Part shown: positions 61,636-64,000 of the stretch, piece after piece
Layout: each line of letters begins with the position of its first letter
Numbering within the stretch: the stretch's first letter is position 1
NCBI GenBank assembly: GCA_041192345.1
Contig: JBEEND010000002.1
Span: forward strand, 29,568 to 93,567
Length of the DNA stretch: 64,000 bases
DNA from: Actinomycetota bacterium
GTDB lineage: Bacteria; Actinomycetota; Actinomycetes; S36-B12; UBA5976
Reading direction: 5' to 3'
Translations under genes and position numbers: made by a program
Notes under the pieces: model-generated
Seen by the model: the letters and a program-made list of their open reading frames with translations, nothing else
What the model was told of the DNA's origin: nothing
The model's database searches: none

Positions 61636-61712
61636 GGTCGATTGGCGCAGTTGGCTAGCGCGCTTCCTTGACATGGAAGAGGTCACAGGTTCAAGTCCTG
61701 TATCGACCACCA
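61636..61712 (+). tRNA. tRNA-Val (GAC), CCA encoded
   Basis: GGTCGAT..GCGCAGTTGGCTAGCGC..CTTCC-TTGACAT-GGAAG..ACAGGTTCAAGTCCTGT..ATCGACC-A-CCA. Confidence 0.9.
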
Positions 61713-61736
61713 CTTAAGTTGCACTGGGCGGTAGGG

Positions 61737-62444
61737 ATGTGTCTCGTGACTCTAGATCTGGCCACTGCGTCGCTGCAAGAAATTGCCAAGCATTATCAGC
61801 CGCCAAAAGCTTCTTGGGTGCGAGCCAACATGGTGGTATCTCAAGATGGACAATTTGTCGGACCAAATAACACTTCGCGCGATTTAACAAGTGCGCAAGA
61901 TTTATCGCTGCTGTTGCTATTGCGAGCGCTTTCCGATGTTTTGCTAGTTGGAGCAAATACTGCTCGCCAAGAAAACTATCGCGCGCCCAAAATGCGTCAA
62001 GAGTTCGCTTTCTTAAATAGACCTACACCGACTCTTGCCATAGTTAGCTCGAGTTTAGATTTTGACTTAACCTCTCCGCTTTTTCACGGTGGCGAACAGC
62101 AAACTGTAATTATCAACGCTGGAAATCATGAACCAACGAGAGAATTGCTTAACGTGGCTAAAGTCGTACCAGTTTTAAATGATGGCAATTTCGCAATTCG
62201 ACTTATCGAAACTCTCTCTGACTTGGGCTTTCCAAAAATTACTTGCGAAGGCGGACCTGGACTTTTATCACAGCTACTCACAGCCGAACTTGTAGATGAA
62301 TATGACTTAACAATTTCGCCAGTTTTCGCTGGCCTTGAAAGCTCACTGCCGAATGTAATGCCTGATGATAAGAACTGGCACCTTGCTGCGAGCGCGATGG
62401 CTGGCGAGTTTAAGTTCCACCGCTACTTAAAGACGAGAGCATAG
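61737..62444 (+). CDS. RibD C-terminal domain / dihydrofolate-reductase-like pyrimidine reductase family protein
   Basis: WVRANMVVSQDGQF, LLVGANTARQENY, CEGGPGLLSQLL. ATG at 61737, because the longer ORF-track N-terminus overlaps tRNA-Val. Confidence 0.7.
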   Translation: MCLVTLDLATASLQEIAKHYQPPKASWVRANMVVSQDGQFVGPNNTSRDLTSAQDLSLLLLLRALSDVLLVGANTARQENYRAPKMRQEFAFLNRPTPTLAIVSSSLDFDLTSPLFHGGEQQTVIINAGNHEPTRELLNVAKVVPVLNDGNFAIRLIETLSDLGFPKITCEGGPGLLSQLLTAELVDEYDLTISPVFAGLESSLPNVMPDDKNWHLAASAMAGEFKFHRYLKTRA

Positions 62445-62471
62445 TTTTCATTTCTGGCGTAACCTTTAGGC

Positions 62472-62876
62472 ATGGTTGAAAAAGTAGAAAAGTCTGACGA
62501 GCAGTGGCGCAACGAATTAAGCCCTGAGGAGTATCGCGTGCTGCGGGCGTCCGGAACTGAGGCCCCCTTCATTGGTGAATACACTGACACTGAAACCAGC
62601 GGCATTTACGCTTGTCGCGCATGTGGCGCGGAATTATTTAGAAGTGATGCAAAGTTTCACAGTGGGTGCGGGTGGCCATCATTTTTCACTCCCCTTGCTG
62701 CCGAATCTGTAATCGAAATCAAAGATAAAACCATGGGGATGGTGCGTACCGAGATTCGTTGCGCAACTTGCGACTCACATTTAGGACATGTTTTTGAGGG
62801 TGAGGGTTACCAGACCCCAACAGATCTGCGCTATTGCATTAATTCAATTTCCATGACTTTGTTACCTGGAAGCTAG
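62472..62876 (+). CDS. msrB: Peptide-methionine (R)-S-oxide reductase
   Basis: CRACGAELF, GCGWPSF, CATCDSHLGHVF, RYCINS. Confidence 0.95.
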   Translation: MVEKVEKSDEQWRNELSPEEYRVLRASGTEAPFIGEYTDTETSGIYACRACGAELFRSDAKFHSGCGWPSFFTPLAAESVIEIKDKTMGMVRTEIRCATCDSHLGHVFEGEGYQTPTDLRYCINSISMTLLPGS

Positions 62877-62879
62877 TTA

Positions 62880-63707
62880 CTAACCCAAAGCAAGTAAGGC
62901 AACGCCACTAAAAGTAATGGCAATTCCAATGTATTGGACTCGCATTAATCGCTCTTTGTGAATCCACCAGGCCAATAGCACCGTGATGATTGGGTAAAGC
63001 GAACCAAGTACTGAAACAACAGAGAGTAAACCAAGTGAGGCTGCAAATGTGTAGAGGACGTTTGCGCCCGCGTCACTGGCGCCGATTGTTGCCAACATAG
63101 GGACGTCACGTTTTACAAGCCCGCCAAGATTTCTAATTGCCAAAAACAAAACAAGAACAAGCGCAACTTGTACTGCGCGCATAGCAGTTACCGTCATAGT
63201 GGGATTTATTCGGGCACCCTTGGCCATGAAGTAGACGCAGAAACCAAAACTCACCGCCGCAAAAAACGCTAAGAAAACTGGGCGCGGATCTACTTTGCCG
63301 TTTAGCTCTGGTCCACTTGCCAGAATGACACCTATTAATGCCACCACAATCCCAGTAAGTTGCATTGCTGATGGTCGCTCACCTTGCACTAAACCGATTG
63401 TGACTGGCACTACCGCGCTTAGCGAAGAAATCGGCGCCACAATTCCCATTTGACCAGTCGCGAGTGCGGTATAAAAACCAACAAGTCCGAGTAGACCCAT
63501 GGCGCCAGCTATCGCGCCATTTATCCAAACAGTCTCATTCCAAGTCCAAGCTTGTAGCCCAATTGCCAGAAGCGCGACGAAAAGTAACCCAAAACTTTGC
63601 GAGCCACCAATAACTGCGACTGCTTTGCGCTTTTTACTTAATGTGCCGCCAAGAAAATCGGCTAAACCCCAAACCAAACTTGATAGGAGTGCGAGAATCA
63701 CGGGCAT
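62880..63707 (-). CDS. EamA/DMT-family transporter
   Basis: About 10 TM segments in two EamA-like halves. Confidence 0.8.
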   Translation of the reverse strand: MPVILALLSSLVWGLADFLGGTLSKKRKAVAVIGGSQSFGLLFVALLAIGLQAWTWNETVWINGAIAGAMGLLGLVGFYTALATGQMGIVAPISSLSAVVPVTIGLVQGERPSAMQLTGIVVALIGVILASGPELNGKVDPRPVFLAFFAAVSFGFCVYFMAKGARINPTMTVTAMRAVQVALVLVLFLAIRNLGGLVKRDVPMLATIGASDAGANVLYTFAASLGLLSVVSVLGSLYPIITVLLAWWIHKERLMRVQYIGIAITFSGVALLALG

Positions 63708-63773
63708 TTAGTTAGCCTACCTAACCGCGCGCCTAGACCTACATCACGTTCATCTTTCATATGCTTGCAAGTA

Positions 63774-64000
63774 ATGAAGTTATTGGAAGCAGGTGCGACG
63801 AGCGTGGACATTTGGGAGAGCGCTTTAGCTAGCTTAAAGTCTCCGATACTGCGCCCAGAATTTGTCCTGGAAGAAGTACCAGCGCCGAGTCGGCTAGCTC
63901 CCCACAGTATTGCGATTGCGGTAGAGGCCATCGATGCCAACGATGAAGAACTCGCAGTTGGCCGCTTCATAGTTCTGCATGATCCAGAGGGTCAAGATAC
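63774..64000 (+). CDS. Conserved hypothetical protein, DUF3000-like (3' end cut by window edge)
   Basis: Absent from the ORF track because no stop lies in the window. ATG at 63774 opens MKLLEAGATSVDIWESALASLKSPILRPEFVLEEVPAPSRLAPHSIAIAVEAIDANDEELAVGRFIVLHDPEGQD, which has protein-like composition and resembles, from my memory, the DUF3000 family. Confidence 0.5.
   Translation, partial: MKLLEAGATSVDIWESALASLKSPILRPEFVLEEVPAPSRLAPHSIAIAVEAIDANDEELAVGRFIVLHDPEGQD

Noticed and set aside
61411-61736. The ORF at 61411-61671 and the first 23 codons of the ORF at 61668-62444.
   Set aside because: They are translations across tRNA-Gly, tRNA-Cys and tRNA-Val. The real CDS starts at ATG 61737.
63698-63970. 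A 90-aa minus-strand ORF from the ORF track.
   Set aside because: It has Ser/Ala/Arg-rich composition with no recognisable motif. It is antisense to a much more protein-like + strand frame (DUF3000-like), which is open to the window edge.

Overview
This window is a core, housekeeping chromosomal segment of a streamlined actinobacterium with moderate to low GC. Gene order closely mirrors conserved Mycobacterium, Corynebacterium and Streptomyces blocks. Going left to right, the content is:
- dop-pup-pafA-pafBC-tatAC-helY and lnt-ppm1, all on the + strand.
- rbpA, gcvP with a glycine riboswitch, and the MerR/nuclease/MerR/garA/gcvH/DUF881/pgsA block.
- nusB-efp-pepQ-aroQBKC-aroE-mltG-ruvX-alaS, then rarA, aspS, hisS, relA-apt-secFD, ruvCAB, yebC-pdxTS.
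- The pimA/acyltransferase/PI-synthase cluster, HIT, thrS and pabBC-like genes. This and the two preceding blocks are almost all on the - strand.
- A tRNA Gly-Cys-Val cluster, msrB and a DMT transporter.

I found no mobile element, CRISPR array, toxin-antitoxin pair, defence island or secondary-metabolite cluster, and I cannot support a claim of a new multi-gene system here.

The observations most worth a second look are:
1. A strong dif-like XerC/D site (15282-15309) within 500 bp of a sharp convergent switch in gene polarity, which suggests the replication terminus.
2. A well-folded tRNA with a Leu anticodon (CAA), a Leu-like D-arm, A73 and A15:U48, but only a 5-nt variable loop.
3. A 77-nt tandem duplication of that tRNA's 3' part, carrying nested inverted repeats.
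4. A pupylation locus in which pup abuts pafA with no prcB/prcA.
5. A lipid kinase gene broken by a single-base frameshift.
6. A half-length EF-G-like protein whose GTPase motifs G1, G3 and G4 are all degenerate, inserted divergently next to the PI-synthase gene.
7. A perfect Cheo/LexA box on the ruvC promoter, with three AAAGTGG direct repeats beside it.

All functional calls come from motif recognition by eye and remembered synteny. No database search was run.
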